NCBI GenBank assembly: GCA_028534125.1
Contig: CM052841.1
Span: 25,172,001 to 25,236,000, forward strand
Length of the DNA stretch: 64,000 nt
From: Lama glama
Taxonomy: Eukaryota
Direction of reading: 5' to 3'
This document shows positions 26,420 to 41,059 of this stretch, piece by piece. Each line of letters opens with the position of its first letter. Within the stretch, counting starts at the first letter, position 1. The notes below the pieces were generated by a model, which was given only the letters and a program-made list of their open reading frames with translations, did no database searches and was not told where the DNA came from. The translations under genes were made by a program, and so were the position numbers.

Positions 26420-26485
26420 TTTTTTATTGAAGTATAATCAGTTTACAATGTTATGTCGATTTCTGGTATACAGCATAATGTTTCA
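26420..26485 (-). mobile_element. Short lineage-specific L1 3' end
   Basis: ttttttattgaagtataatcagtttacaatgttatgtcgatttctggtatacagcataatgtttca is an antisense L1 tail, homologous to 43674-43739. Confidence 0.8.
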
Positions 26486-26647
26486 CGCTTTTAAGGATGA
26501 AGCTGCCATAATCTGGTTCATCAAAAGCAAGCACTTTCTTTATTCTTTCATTTTTGCTCTAATTCTTTTGTTTATTTTATCTCTTTTTTGTCCTTTAAAT
26601 CCCATCCCACTTTCAACCTGAGGTAAGTTTAATGATTCCAAGAACCT

Positions 26648-26812
26648 TACTTCTCAAAGTGGAATGTTTGAATATTCAACATTTAGAAGTATGACCTTGG
26701 AGACAGTTACAGATGCAGAATCTTGGGCCCTAATCTGCATCTACTGAATTAGAATCTATATTTTAACAAGATGCCCAAGTGATTTATGAGCACATAAAGG
26801 TGGAAACACTGT
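26648..26812 (+). mobile_element. MER5-family hAT-Charlie MITE
   Basis: cttctcaaagtg...atgcagaatcttgggccc...ctactgaattagaatct..attttaacaagatgcccaagtgatttatg...ggaaacactg. Confidence 0.72.
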
Positions 26813-28289
26813 CTTGGAAGTAAGCTTCTAAATCTCACATGAATACGTGAGTCAGATTTCTCACCTCTTCTCAGGTGTGTGAAGTGGCTTGGGCCCTCAG
26901 CTGTGCTTTGGCTCCCTCTTTCTGATCACAGGAGAAGCCATCTTTCATTTACACCTATTGCAGGTATGTCCATGATTCAAGTGGACTTGAACTCTTGGGC
27001 TTATTGTGGAAGTCACCTTGAATATATCCACAGCATTATAAATATTTGCTGACCTTTCCACCAGCGCCTTTCATCTCTGTTGTCTTTGCGCTGTACGTGG
27101 AAAATGTAAACTAGTATATAATTCATCAGTCAGTCCCGGCGCTGCACAGCATACCTTAGCTTCAGCCGTTACTAATGGGATTAATTGGTCTTGACTATGA
27201 AGTTATAAAAGCTTATACCTCCAAGGGTCATAAACACTGAGCCTTAATTGAAATCAAATGTATATTTTTAAAAAGCATGTCCAGCATCATAGACTCCTTT
27301 CTGTTTTGGCTTTGTTGACACTAGTCATGGTATAAAAATCTGATCAGGAAAGGTTTGCTGTTTTTACTGCTTTGAATATGAAGTTGTGCTTCTCAGCACT
27401 CTAAGTAGCTGATTAGGGGAGGGCATAATATTCTACTTGATTATTGGTTACACATATGGAATAAATCCTATTTTAATAGTGTCTAATGAGTCTTTCATTT
27501 TCAAAACCTTACATAAAAGCTTCTAATAGAAAGGGAAAGTAATATTTCAAAGGTCATCTTAATGCCACTTAATGTCAACAATCTGTAATCAAGCCAATAT
27601 ATATAGATGGTGATTACAGTCCAGTTGTGATCCTTTAAATATGAAATAATCTCCTAAATTAACAAAGTGGTGCAAGCTAAGGTTCTCTGGGTTTGAGGCA
27701 ACTTACACTTTTTAATTACGGTTTGTTACTTGGAAACAGCCTTGGAGTTAAAGAGTTTTTTTTTTTCTCTCAGAATGAGGCTTTATGCAGTGCAGTATTT
27801 TCAAAACCCATGAGATTTAAAGTTCTGTCACTTACAGTTTCATGCATTGTTCTTCTGTGTGTCTGTAAAGCCACTGAAATGTATGATTAGAAAATGATGG
27901 CTCCCCTTCAGTGCTTCTTCTCAACAGCCGAATGTAATGAGCATTAGAAATGTGGGGTGTTTTGTTGGTCAGGAGGCCACCAAGGGAACTTGTAGGCATA
28001 CCTATTTCAGAACAAGACATCTGCTTGGCAACAGATTAAATAGTCAGGCGTTTAAAGAATCTCTAGTGTGAGATCAGTGTTCTGGAATTTTGTCTCATTT
28101 GAGGTGCAAATGGAGATAACCCTGCTTTATCCTGGGATGGAGATGTTCCTTTTCAGTCCGGGGCTGTTGCTAGTCTATATGACTGTTGTTCCCAATTAGA
28201 AATGGATGAATTCTGCAAGATGCTTTATTTTTGCCAGGAGACTTTCTGAAGAAAATCAACAGTGATTACGATATGAATGGCATTCTGAA

Positions 28290-28474
28290 CTCTCAGGCAC
28301 CTGTAGTAGCATCAGAATCTCCTGGAAGGCTTGTTAACACTCAGATGTCTGGGGCTCCACCCCTAGGGTTCTGTTCTGTGAGTCTGTGGTGGAGCCAGAG
28401 AATTTATATTTATGACAAGTTCCCAGGATATGCTGATGCTGCTGGTCCAGGCACCACGTCTTTGAGAATCACTG
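28290..28474 (-). mobile_element. MER5A hAT-Charlie MITE
   Basis: gcatcagaatctcctggaaggcttgttaa...acaagttcccaggatatgctgatgctgctggtcc...tttgagaatcactg. Confidence 0.88.
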
Positions 28475-31400
28475 CTCAAGGTTCAGCAGTATATCTGCCC
28501 AACCATATGCACGGACCTTGCTTCTATCGTCCTATGAGTAAAATTTGAGTTTTATTCATCTTGTTCCTCCCAATGCCAATGCATAGTGCCATGCTCATAG
28601 GGCTTACTCAGTATTTGTTAGAGAAAAAAAGAATGCTATTAAGATAAAATGACTAATGTGTATCAGACCCCTTTCCCACCACCATTCCCTCCCACATTAC
28701 CATTCTGCATTTTTCTCTCTTTTTGTTCTACTTTTCCTCCTTCTACTACCCCTCTTCGATTCTGAGAATTTGTTTGTTGTTTTTCTCTCACTTCTTGTAT
28801 ATGGCCTGGGTTTGAACCATAGGCAGCCTCAGGCCTGATGATCCAGAATTGTGTGTGTCACTGGAACCAGGGTTCCTAACTCCACAGTCACTCCAGGAAG
28901 ACATATCCAGAGACTAAGATATTTGTCAATTTTTGTGTAGAGATTGGTATGTGGCAGTGACCCAAGCAGTCAGGTGACAATTTGGACCTTAGATCTCAGG
29001 ATATACTTTGCACTTTAGGAGTCTTGGTGAGAAAGCATTTGGCCAAACTGAAGGAAACTCTTCCGCCATGGTCCCTGCTTTCCTACTTTAAATGTTCATT
29101 TACTCACTCATTAAAGATTTGGAAAACACGAAAAAAAAAAAAAAAAAGGAAGGAGAAGAAAACAAGGCATCCATTTACTCAAACACCCAAAGCACCCACC
29201 CAGTTTGGCTGTATTTTGTAACAATCTTTTGTAGTTCTACATAAATGTTAAATTTTAATGCATTTGCATTTAATTGTATTTATAAATCTGGGGGTAAAAT
29301 TGCCTGCAGGAGAGGAAATTCTTTTGTTGAATTACAGGTTTATTCCCACAATGAATGATAATGATTCATTACAAAATTGCTTGCTTTCAAGTTTCATCCA
29401 GAGACCATTAGAGAAATGAACAGCACCTAATTTCTCTTCTAGCAGAATTGTTAGTGTGACAAGTTCAGTTAAGTGTGGTTCTCTGCATACTCCTTTGGTG
29501 GGTTGGGTGTTAGAAGCCATTTGTCAATTCTTCAGTGATTTTATTGGTATGAGGTTCATGGTTTCTTCCCAGTGAATTTCTTCAACTTGAGTGAGTGATG
29601 ATGTATAAGCCCCAAAGTACATGAGGTTTCTTTTCTCTTGCCTTTATTAACTCAGTGCAGTCAAACCTCTTCACTCTTAGTCTTTTCACCTGAAAATACT
29701 AAAATTTTAGTACAAGTGCTACAAATACTTTTGTCTCCTGGCCTTTCTTGTTACAGAGTAAACATTTGAGATCAGCTGGATTTTCATGATTTTTAAAAAA
29801 TAATCTTTTTGTTGTCATTTTTAGTCTGGGTGCCCATAATTTCGTCCATCTTTGCTATTTTTAAAAAATAGTCAGGAAGTTCTCAGATGCTCACTTTTCA
29901 CTGATTTGCGTGGAATGCAGCAAGCTCTTTGGTCTTTGATTATTGCTTCTCTTAACAATAATAACTAGCAATTTAACTAGACACTTTAGTGGACATTTAC
30001 ATGGGCATTTAACTGGAGAAAGTTTAGAACACTAGTCTACATTTAGTTTATTTCTGATGAAGTGACAGTGGAGTTAGATCTAGGACGTGTCTGGGATCCC
30101 TCTCATCACTCTGTGGTAGATCTGGGGGTCTTCTTCACAGAAATCTTGTTACGCTAATCTGGTTCTCCAGGCGTGTTTTGGTGCTGAGACAATACAGTCT
30201 TGTTTCTGACCAAGATCTGGGGTGACTAGAGAAGGGAGTGGATGCTGAAGCCTACTCGGGTCTTGGTGTGCACTCCTGGAGTTGGCCCCACGATGATGCC
30301 CCCCCCCTCAAAAAAGAGCGTTGCTAGGAACAAGGCTGCAGGCTTGATGGGTAGAATACCACAAGCTCATTTTAGACCCAAGTGTGGTCTACCAGGTGAT
30401 TCCAAGACAAATAAACTGAGCTCCAGAAGCTTGCAGAGTTATCATTCAGAATGAACCTTAAAAACGGAGATTTGAGTGGCAGAGGCCTCTGAGCCATGAA
30501 TTGGGATTTCTTTGAGCCTCTGTATTCTCAAACTTGATACCCATTTGAAAACCTGAAGAAATAAACCACTTAAATCCCCTCTCCCTCTAGCGATAAAACA
30601 GTGTATGTCTTTTACTCTGTTGAAAAATAGTTGGCTTCGTCAGCAATCANNNNNNNNNNNNNNNNNNNNNNNNNNNNNNNNNNNNNNNNNNNNNNNNNNN
30701 NNNNNNNNNNNNNNNNNNNNNNNNNNNNNNNNNNNNNNNNNNNNNNNNNNNNNNNNNNNNNNNNNNNNNNNNNNNNNNNNNNNNNNNNNNNNNNNNNNNN
30801 NNNNNTTAAAATATTCCAGCATGTAAAATCTGGACAACTTAAATAGAGGGAGTTGTGACATGTTTGATTATTCTTTCTCCTTAGTTCATTCTTTACTTAA
30901 AGGTAAAAATTCAAATACCCAAAACCTGGCCAGCTCTGTCATCCCTTCATGAACAATATACTCCCTCATCTATTGTAATAAGAGAACCAAATAATTTTAT
31001 AACATTTCTTGTAGTAAGTTTAAGTTATATCTGCTAATTTTTAATGAAAACCACCCTAAATTGACCCTCTTTACTTCTGTCCTCACCATCAACCCCTATA
31101 TTCCTAAGAAGTGAGGTTTCTTAATTGCTTTAAGCATATTATGCTGTATTTTGATGGTTTTTCCATGTTTCTAAGTTTTCCTTGCAGTGGGAACTCAAAT
31201 GGCATTAAATTTGTCAAAGTGACATAAATATTCTGGGGCTTAATACCAAAGAGAGAGTTAAAGGATAAATGCTCATCTCACATTTATGCTTCATTTATAG
31301 GCTTTCTCTAACACATTTCGTATTAGATTGGAACTTCAAGAATTGAAATTACTTTGACCCTCTAATAGTAGCTAATATTTTGCCCACAGAAGACTTCAAG

Positions 31401-32194
31401 TAAATATTACCACCAGTAAATATTATTGACAAACCAATGAAGCATTTCTTGAAATCTTTAGCTTTTCATTTTTAATTCTACTCTTCAAGAACTAGGGTAA
31501 CAAATTTCTTAAAGTAATACAAATAAAACTATTACTTTATTTGGAAAATGGTTTAACACTAAATAAAATGTCTTCAAGTTCTAAAAGCATGTTAAAAGCT
31601 TTATCTCATTAGGCTTGGCATCACCCTGTATGTTAACAAGGTGACTCCTGGGAGTTGAAAACCACTTAAGACAGAGTTAAGAAAGTTTATGATCATAATG
31701 ATTCAGCAGACACATATCCTTTTCATCTCAGACTCTTGGATCTTCGGGTTACTTTTTTTTCTTGTACATCACTCTGAATTATTTTTGTTAGTTTATTAGT
31801 TGTAAAAAGTTTCTTCCTTCCTCGTTCCTTCAATTTAGACCAATTTGGAAATGGAAAACTGTGTTAATTTTTTAACAAATCTTTAAGACACGCATTACTG
31901 TATTTTTATTAACTGAGCCAGATGGCTCACAGCAAATTTTCTCTGACATAAGTAATCACAGAAATCAGTTTGGGACCCAAATCTGGTATGGAAAGTGGCA
32001 TGTATATTCAGTGGAAAAATGCAGTTCACATAAACATATGGATATTTTTAGAAGTAATATTTGTTACTGTTTGGATTTCATTTTATTTTTTTGCTTTAAG
32101 CTAAGTACAAACTAAGGACATTTATTTTTCCTGTCCCCCAACCCTGAACATTCAAGGTCCTTCTCAACAACCAAAAATTGTTTTCTTTTTGCAG

Positions 32195-32356
32195 TTTGAA
32201 GGTTGCAAGAAGGCCTTTTCCAGGCTCGAAAATCTCAAGATTCATTTGCGGAGCCACACAGGCGAGAAGCCGTATTTGTGCCAGCATCCGGGCTGTCAGA
32301 AGGCATTCAGTAACTCCAGTGACCGCGCCAAGCACCAGAGGACACATCTGGACACT
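32195..32356 (+). CDS. GLIS3: GLIS3 internal coding exon (about human exon 5): zinc finger 3 after its first Cys, plus zinc finger 4
   Basis: Acceptor ttgttttctttttgcag| and donor |gtaaga. The 162 nt, phase 0/0 exon translates as [54 protein letters not shown], the GLIS1/GLIS3 C2H2 domain. Confidence 0.96.
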
Positions 32357-35300
32357 GTAAGAGTGGCAGGAGCTTTCCAACTTCCAGCCCCGAGTCCCGG
32401 TGTGAGGAAGTGCCTAGTTGATAGTGGGATGGTGAAGGTGTTTGCTTTATGGTCTGCAGGTTATAGGGACAATGCCAAGGGCAGCAGTGAGCCCTGGTGA
32501 AGAGCCAGAAAGGGCCCTGTTTGGCTCTTTCCTCTTTTTTCTGTAGTCACAAGTTATCCTAAATATTACAGCTGCCTGGGACGAAGAGAGGCTTCTTGAT
32601 TACCTGTGTACAAAGCAGAAGCAGTTTAGGGGCTCTCATACAGTAGATTTTAGTAAAGGGAATGACCACTAGAGATTGAACATTAAAATAAAAGTCTTCA
32701 AATATCAAGATACACTAAGATAGATAAGATATGCAATTGCTTAAAATAGGAAGCATTTTTTTTTCTTATCCTGATTCTTTTCTTTTTGACCTAAGAACTT
32801 TGAGGCTGCCATGATTTTTTTAAAGTGAATCTGGCCTTTTGCTTTAGAAGCCACCTGGTGTTTTCACCTTCAAGTGATCTAAAAAGAATTGGCAAATCTT
32901 TCTCAAAGGTTCAGTTTCATCACACTTGCTATGTGTTAACAGCCACATATCTATTGACATAAACCCTATGAGAACAATTGATTTTCATTACTACACCTTA
33001 ACTCTCTTATTGCTGAAACATTCTGTTCATTTGCTAATGCCCTCTCCATGATGCTTGTCTTTCATTTTCTCCATTACGTTCGTTGATCGTCCTTCTATGC
33101 ATTTCTCAGGTTTTCGTCCCATTTTCTTTACATGAGGCCAGGTAGGCTATATGTAATTTTTGGTCACTTAACAAAGCCACCAGGATAAATGAATTATACA
33201 CATCGCAGATCTTTTATCCTACGTTCTTTATAAATAATGTATTCATGACAGTACTTTTTCAGTGTTAACATTCTGATGTCTATTATTAAACTACACCAGA
33301 ATTTGAATTTTGAAAAGATACTGTTATTTTTACACACCTTCTCATACATATTTAAGATTCTTCTGATGTTATAGTTGACATATTTATTAAATTTTATATT
33401 AATCTCTATTAGTCATATCGATAGAAGTCATTTTAGCTATATGTCACATAACCTTTCTAAACAGAATTATCTCCTAATATACATAAATGTGATAGTTTGC
33501 CTAGTAAATATCTGAAATATAATTAGAGTAATATGGGTGTAAGTTGGACCCTTTCTGCTCTAGCTGAATTGAATTCAGTGATTTTAGGAATAACAGAATG
33601 GAATATTACATGAATAACTTTGGTGAATAGCAGTATTTCTTAAAGGTAGAAATATGAAAAAAGAATAAATTATGTTAAAATGCCCTATTTTGTATGTCTA
33701 AAGTGCTCTTGGTAGAATCTAATAAATTTTCCAATTTGTCATTAAACTTTATCATGGAAGAATGAACATTCATGAGACAAGATTGTCTTGAGAAATTGCT
33801 TCTACTCTAGCTAGTTATCTGTAGTTTGAAAGAACTATTGTGAGGCTAAGTGTTATGGTTCTACAATACCTTTCTTTGCTTGGAGCTAATTTTAGCTAAT
33901 CAAACTAAGAGCATTTTGTAAAATCATTTTGGAATTTTAAAAATACATTCCTTTTTAAAACTTTTGAGGAAAGCTACCTAAGATAATAATTTCATGATTC
34001 AGTTCAATGCAGTAGCCTTTAAAACTTAGCTATTTTTGTTTTTAAAAAGTATTTCTCTATTAAATCTGTTAAACCCATCATTTTAACCCAAACTACCTTC
34101 TGTTTAAATTTTTATCACATTTAACAAATTGGTAAGCTCTTTTAAAATCTTTTAAGATTTTAAGATATTAAACATTTATTTTAAAAAGCAAACTGGAATT
34201 GCTTGAAGAATTTGTTATTTAAATTTAGGTCCCCATTCTCTTTCATTAAGCACTCCTTACGCTAATGCTGTCGGAATTTTGGATAAAGTATCTTTTTCAA
34301 CTAAATGGATTCTTTATTTATAGGAAAATGATTTCCCCGTAAAGATTACTGAGTTCCTAATTCTAACCCTGAAAAATGCTATTAATTCATTTCTATGCTA
34401 GCATTTTAATATCTAAACCGGGGAGATAATTTTACAGTACAAATGGAAAATTTTAAAAATATAGTTTGATGAAATCTAGCATGCCATTAAAGTTTACGTA
34501 ATCTGAGTTAAAATGACCAGTACACCAGTACCGCTCAGACCACCCTGGCTTTGCTATTTTGGCATACTAATCCCAGCTGGCTGATGGCAGGGGGAGTGTG
34601 AAAGCTAGCTGGGAGAATGTTCAGTATTCAAGACTTCTTCAAGAACATCTCTAAGCCAAATATGAAATGACATTACACATTTCTTTTCAACCCAAATAAT
34701 GGTGACCATGGGGTAATAATGGAATAAATTTATATAACACAGTAATATTCCCAAAGATTTTTACATGCAGCATCTCCTCTAATGCTCAGAACATGATCTT
34801 ATGTGATCACAACATGACTGCCAATAAAGATATTGGCTAATTGCCCCCTAACACTGGGGCAGGTTAGGGAAGACTAGGGCAAAAAGCCATGTGAACCTAG
34901 AAAAAATTCCCAGGTTAAAGAAAACCTTTGCTTATCCAGTGGAAACTTCATTGGCAAGTGACTTCAGCCCATAATTGGCTCATCATTTTGCAAAAACTGT
35001 GACCTGTTGAGAGTCTTGTTCATCCATTGTTCATTGTTGGATCCCTAATATATAATAAAATGCCCAGCACCTTATGGAAGCAAAATTGCTGCTGGGTGAT
35101 TCATTTAATTAGTCCATAAGTCAATGAACAAACACCTAAGATAATCAAACTTACAATTCAAATTGGGAGTGTCAAACTAAATTATGTATTCATGACTTTA
35201 CCTTGTTCTTGGAATTTAAAAAAAATGACAACAAATAACAACAACAAAAAAAGTGAATCATATGTATGGTTTCCAGCAGGGCAAATAGTACCATCAACAT

Positions 35301-36469
35301 ATATGTTAGCCCACAAAATGATAAGCAAGCACTTGAAAACAGGAACAAAATATAAGCAGTAAGGAAAAATATCTGAAAAATTTTGATGGGGGAGTCAATA
35401 GAATAGCAGATTTCTAAAGCCAGAATGCGTTGTAGAGTCAGAGGCTCAGTTCTCCTACTTACATTTCACCTCGTGCAGGCACAGCTTTAATATCTCACCC
35501 GATGAGATGCTAAGTGGATGAATGACTGTTAATACATCTTACAAACACAGTTAATCTTGTATTTTTTTTTTCAGTTTTAGAATAAGCAGATTTGTATTTA
35601 CTTCACAAGTTAAAAGCCATATTCTTAAACCCTTGGTTTGGATTTTGTTCTTACAGTAGGCATAGTAGCTAAATCTTGAACCAATGTGTAGTACTCTCAT
35701 TCATTCATTCCTAATTATCATATTCCAATCAGCAGGGACACAAAAATAAAAAGGAGTCTAGACTGCCTTCGACTCCAACCTCATATCCTCTCAGGCACAT
35801 GGGGGAACCAGAGGAGCCAAAACTTATGTTCTCATCATGCTCAGCCAAGGGCTTATTCACCTAACCCACGCATAGCACCACGACTCCTCTACAACTAATA
35901 ATATTAATGTTTCTCTGCTTGATTTTTCATGTGTCTGCTGTTTGGAACCTACTGTCTTTTACTAACTTTCCATTAATTTTGCCTTTTAATTCTCTCCCTC
36001 TCTCTTTTTGAATCAGGTTTCTTCTGAAACATTCCCAGTCTTTTCTGGACTTTCCTACTGCTTCTTTGTACCTGAACTCTTAAAGAATATGTGTTTCCTA
36101 ATTTCTGACAGCACCAGAGATTGTTTTCAGGGGAACATAACTGTAAGTATGGCTGGAGATACTTAGTAATAATTTCCATATTAAACAATGCCACAGAAAG
36201 TTTCGTGGTAAAAGTGCAGTCTACAGCAACCTCTTAAAAATCATCAAAGATAAGACATCTCTTTGTTTCTTGAAAGTTTACTCTTCTCTCTGCTTTGATG
36301 CAGACTTACTGGCCTTGCTAATGAAAATGCATGAGGATCACCGAGCATTTCACCTTGGGCAGTTGGTAACAGTTCATGCTCTGAAGACAGTAGTCTTTGA
36401 GTAAACCTTCCCCAGTTACCATTATGATTTAACCACAACTGTTTCTTTTTTTCTTTCTTTCTTATTTAG
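32357..36469 (+). other. GLIS3: GT-AG intron (4113 nt) between the two GLIS3 zinc-finger exons
   Basis: Begins gtaaga and ends in a polypyrimidine tract plus tag. Splicing joins ...HLDT|KPYAC... in frame. Confidence 0.93.
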
Positions 36470-36622
<153 letters not shown>

Positions 36623-39600
36623 TAAATTCCTCTTGCAATACTAGGAGCTTCTGCAGGGCACTGGTAATTCTACTTCTCAAGTGTAACATGTTTTAGACTC
36701 TTTAACTAGAGAAGTCTTCCATGAAGTGATAGCAAGGCTATGATTTGCATAACTGATATAACCAGATATGAATTTCTGGGAAAAGTTTGTATAATAGGAG
36801 TTTGAGAAAATTAGTGAAAGTCACCTAAACTGGGAAGTAACAAAATTAAGTCCAAATTGCTAAAGAAAGTTGAATTGGGGAATACAGCACAACAAAATGC
36901 CTTTCTGGAGATAAGCGCTTTTTCTTAAAATATCAACTGGCAAAAATCATTAGCTCTGATGAAGAAGGTAGGTCGTCTCTAGGAAGAGTAAGTATAGAGC
37001 ATTCCTTCCTTTAAGCGTAGGAAAAACACATTCCTTAACAAGTACTATGTATGAAAGCTTGAGAAAGGAATTGAACCTAAAATTGCTTTGACATCAGTGA
37101 GGGCTTAGTTCATCTGTCAAAGTTCATGGAAATTATAGTATCTCAGATTCGGAGGAGATGTTAAAGATCAACCTGCCAACCCACATGACTTGCTCTCCTG
37201 ACCTCAGAATGTCTCCAGCAAGTGGTTGGCCATGCTGTGCTTTAACACCTTTAGAAATGAGGAGCTTACTACCAGGGGTTAGCACAGTGCCAGTTGAGGG
37301 CTCATATATGGAAATAATTTGACCTCTTCCCCATGAGTTAGTAAAATGCCCAGTTAGACGAATTGGATAGATATTCTTAATAGCATACAAACCCACTCTT
37401 GTAAGTCAATTGTGAAATCATTTATTTTTTTCTCTGTATAAAATAGTTGTCTCTTTAATTGGAATTCAAGAGATAAAACTGATACAGGTGATCATTATCA
37501 ACAGATGATAATAGATGATTATTCAACATGATTGAATTCCAGTGTTTTAAAATAGAAAAGGAACTGCTAAGTGAATTAATAATATAAATAAAATTGTAAG
37601 GAGGATGCTTAATAATCTTGAAATAACACACCATTGTTACATACTGTTAACTGTTCAGCAGGACTACTGTCTGAAATGGTTTTTGTCGGTATCTGTGTAT
37701 ATCTTACAAACTTGAAGTAATGAGTTGTGTTTGTTAAAAATAATAATAATAAACTCTCTTGCTGAGAGCTTTTCCTCCTAAATCTGACCATTCTCCATCT
37801 CCAAATTGTCCCAAATGTGGGAGATTTTACTATAATAGCAAATCTGTCATGAGATTGAAGAGCATCTTCTTGGAAAGGAACAGTTGTTATGGACATGACG
37901 GAATGTAAGTCCCATGTCTAGATAAATAAACAATATGATCTTCAACTTAAAACGGTAACCCAGGTTGACAGTAGGTATGAAAACATAATGGATATTTTCA
38001 GGAATTAGTAATGGTTTCTATTGTTCAAACACAGTATGTTTCAGCCTCTTTATAAAGGAAGAGTAGTTTTAATTATGTGAAAGATTCTTGAAGTGCTAAT
38101 TTAAAAAAGAAAATCAGACCTTAAGAATACAAAATGTAAATTTATAGGCAATTTGCAGACAACCTTCAATAGGCAACCCAGATAATAAGGATATACTTTC
38201 AAGGAGCAGGAGTGTTGTAATCTAATGTCAAATTTTACAATAGTCTGTCGAATTTTTTCTTATGTAAAATGATGCATTGTCTCTCCAGTGATTTAGCTTT
38301 TGATGTTCACTTGTTCGCTCTTTTTCCTGCAAGTGGTTGAATTAGATTTGACTGACTTTCATTGCCTAGTCTTCAGTGACAAGTTTACTGTGTTTACTTT
38401 CTGAATTTTAACCTGTCCTTTTAATCTGGAGATTTAAAAAATCCTGTGTGGATCTGTGATGGACTGATTTGTGGAAATTAAAACGATGACAGTTGCTCCA
38501 TCCAATAAAAAGAGTAAATCTCACTCCTAGGAGAAGCAGTGCTAATAAACCTGAAATCAGTCAACCCACATTTTTAAACCTTGCACTGGTATACCGGTGT
38601 GTAATATTTACATGGTATAATATAGTTACTAGCCCTCAGAGAGATTCTAATTGCTAACTCACATCAGGGCTTGGTATTTGAAATATTTCCTGGCAGCAAT
38701 AATAAAAAAAGTAAGAAACAATAACCCTTTTAAGGCAGAATTAAGATTATTTATGACTTTAATTAAAAATTGAAAACTGGCATCATTTCAAAAAGCCTCT
38801 ACAAAAATGNNNNNNNNNNNNNNNNNNNNNNNNNNNNNNNNNNNNNNNNNNNNNNNNNNNNNNNNNNNNNNNNNNNNNNNNNNNNNNNNNNNNNNNNNNN
38901 NNNNNNNNNNNNNNNNNNNNNNNNNNNNNNNNNNNNNNNNNNNNNNNNNATACCCTGCCTGCCTGCCTGCCTCTAATCCTCTTTCTAACCTCCCCCTAGA
39001 CACTAAATGACATTATTTTGGTCTTAAAGTAGCTGGCTTTGTGAAGCCTTTCTCTGAAATCAGGGCCAGTGACAAGGCACCCTCACCCGTAAGACGGATG
39101 TTTATCAGGAGAGGTAGTGATCTCATAAGTGATGCCCTGGTGGTGGGCATGTAGCCCTTTCCCACACCTGCTGGATCCTACTGAAAACCAAGAACCTGAA
39201 GTCTCAGCTAAATGTTATTCAAGCGGTGAAAAGAAAGAAAAAGAAAAAACTTTTCTGCAAAGGAATTGGGATAATTTGACTCACTGCATGTATAGAGTAA
39301 CTTTTCTCTTTGTCTGGTGTTTGCACACCCACACATCCCATCAGCTGATGTACAGACTTCTTCCATCGAATGTGCTTTGCAGATCTTGAGTCCATTAAAT
39401 AGAGGGCTACACAGATAAATGAGTAGCAAAATACTTAAGTCACTCGCTATGGACTCCAGTGAGAATAGAATTTAGCCTGCAGAGCAAAAGGCAGAATCTG
39501 TCCTTCAATTCTCTCTGATAATGAGTGGTGAAATAAGAGAAAACTGAGGTAGTAAGCCACTTGAAATTTTCCTCAAGGCTGTGAGCTTTATCAGAATTTT

Positions 39601-41059
39601 TCATTTTCACCTTGGAAGTGCCGTAAGCAGGGAGGTTTCCTTCAACTCTGGCCTACTATCAAAATGGACTTTTTTTAAGTGAACGCAAAGAATGCTGGGC
39701 CAAAAGATAGAGATGATGTGAATCTTTCGTCCATTTTACACTTCCACAAAGATTCCAAACTTTGGGTGTGATTTGTTAAATGTTTGTTAAACATTCGCCT
39801 TTGACCCACCATGGCTGATGACTTTCACTTTTGTGACATCAGCACAGGCTGTTTCAAACCAAGCAAGCACAGCATTTGGAATGTATATGAATGCAACATG
39901 TATTTGTATTTCCTACTTTAGAGAACAGCGTTGTGTAGCTTTCTGGCCAAAATAGAGCTACTTATTTAATGCAACTCTCCTTATGTTGAACTGGTGATTC
40001 TTTGAAATCTGTTCAGAGCCTCCACCATCCCATATGTACTCAAAAACTATAAAGAATTCCATTAAGCACAGCTTAGGCTCACCTAGCTTTGTGCAGTTTT
40101 TGGAATCTTTAAAAAAAACCTATGTGAAAAAAAATATATTTTCCCCTAAACAAAAGCATGTATCAAAGAGCTAGTGAGGCTCACGTTTCTGTCAGTTGTT
40201 TTCTGTCATTATCTACATGGCAGAAGGCAGGTACACATGGGGACACAATCAGAGACCCTCCCAGATTTTGACATCATCTTTTCCTTCATCATTCCTTCCT
40301 TCCTTCTTTCCTTTTCACTCTGTTCAGGAATAAATTAAAAATTATTCCAGCTCTTAAAGGAATGTCAGTAATAGACACATATTACCAACATATTTCAAGA
40401 TGAATTGGCAGCTCTCCTTCCTCTCACATTCAGGAAATCACATTGGAATTCAAGTAAGAATGATGCTATTACAGGGATTACGTTAAAATGGCACTAATTT
40501 TTTGTTAAGTGAGTCACTAACTTCTCTACTTTAACAATTGTTGGTGACAAAGTACTTACATCACACCTCAGAATGATGGTGAGACATACTACCTGCCTGA
40601 ATGTCCAGATGTCTCAGTTGAGGGTAATGGATTTCAAGTAAGGTACTGGGTATGCTTTTGTGAAACAAGAAACTTTGGTTCAAAATAGTGGTGCTAACTA
40701 GTAACTACATTTAAATGAAAAAAAAAAAGTCAAGTTAAGAAGTTGATAGTACTGATTTAGAGTTGAAACCAGTTGCCAGGAGGCTTCTATTTTAAGTAGA
40801 TCCAGTATGAAATCAGCTATGCTTTTAGGAACATTTTGATGCTACTTGATGATTGGAGCTATTAAAAAGGAACTGAGAATTTACATTTGGGTGTGGGGAA
40901 GTAGAGGGTAAGGGCAGTTGCCCATGAGATGAAATAGTGAGAAAAAGCTTGTTCCTTTCTGGAGAGAACAGATAAGCTGCCTTGAGCTTTGAGAATACAG
41001 AAAAATACATACTTACATCTCTGGGCCTAGTAGCCCAGTATCTCTTTTAGCCGTTAAAG

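Noticed and set aside
32357-32500. Extension of the 103-aa ORF (VRVAGAFQ...) beyond the zinc finger
   Set aside because: This is read-through past the GT donor into the intron. The protein continues in the exon at 36470.
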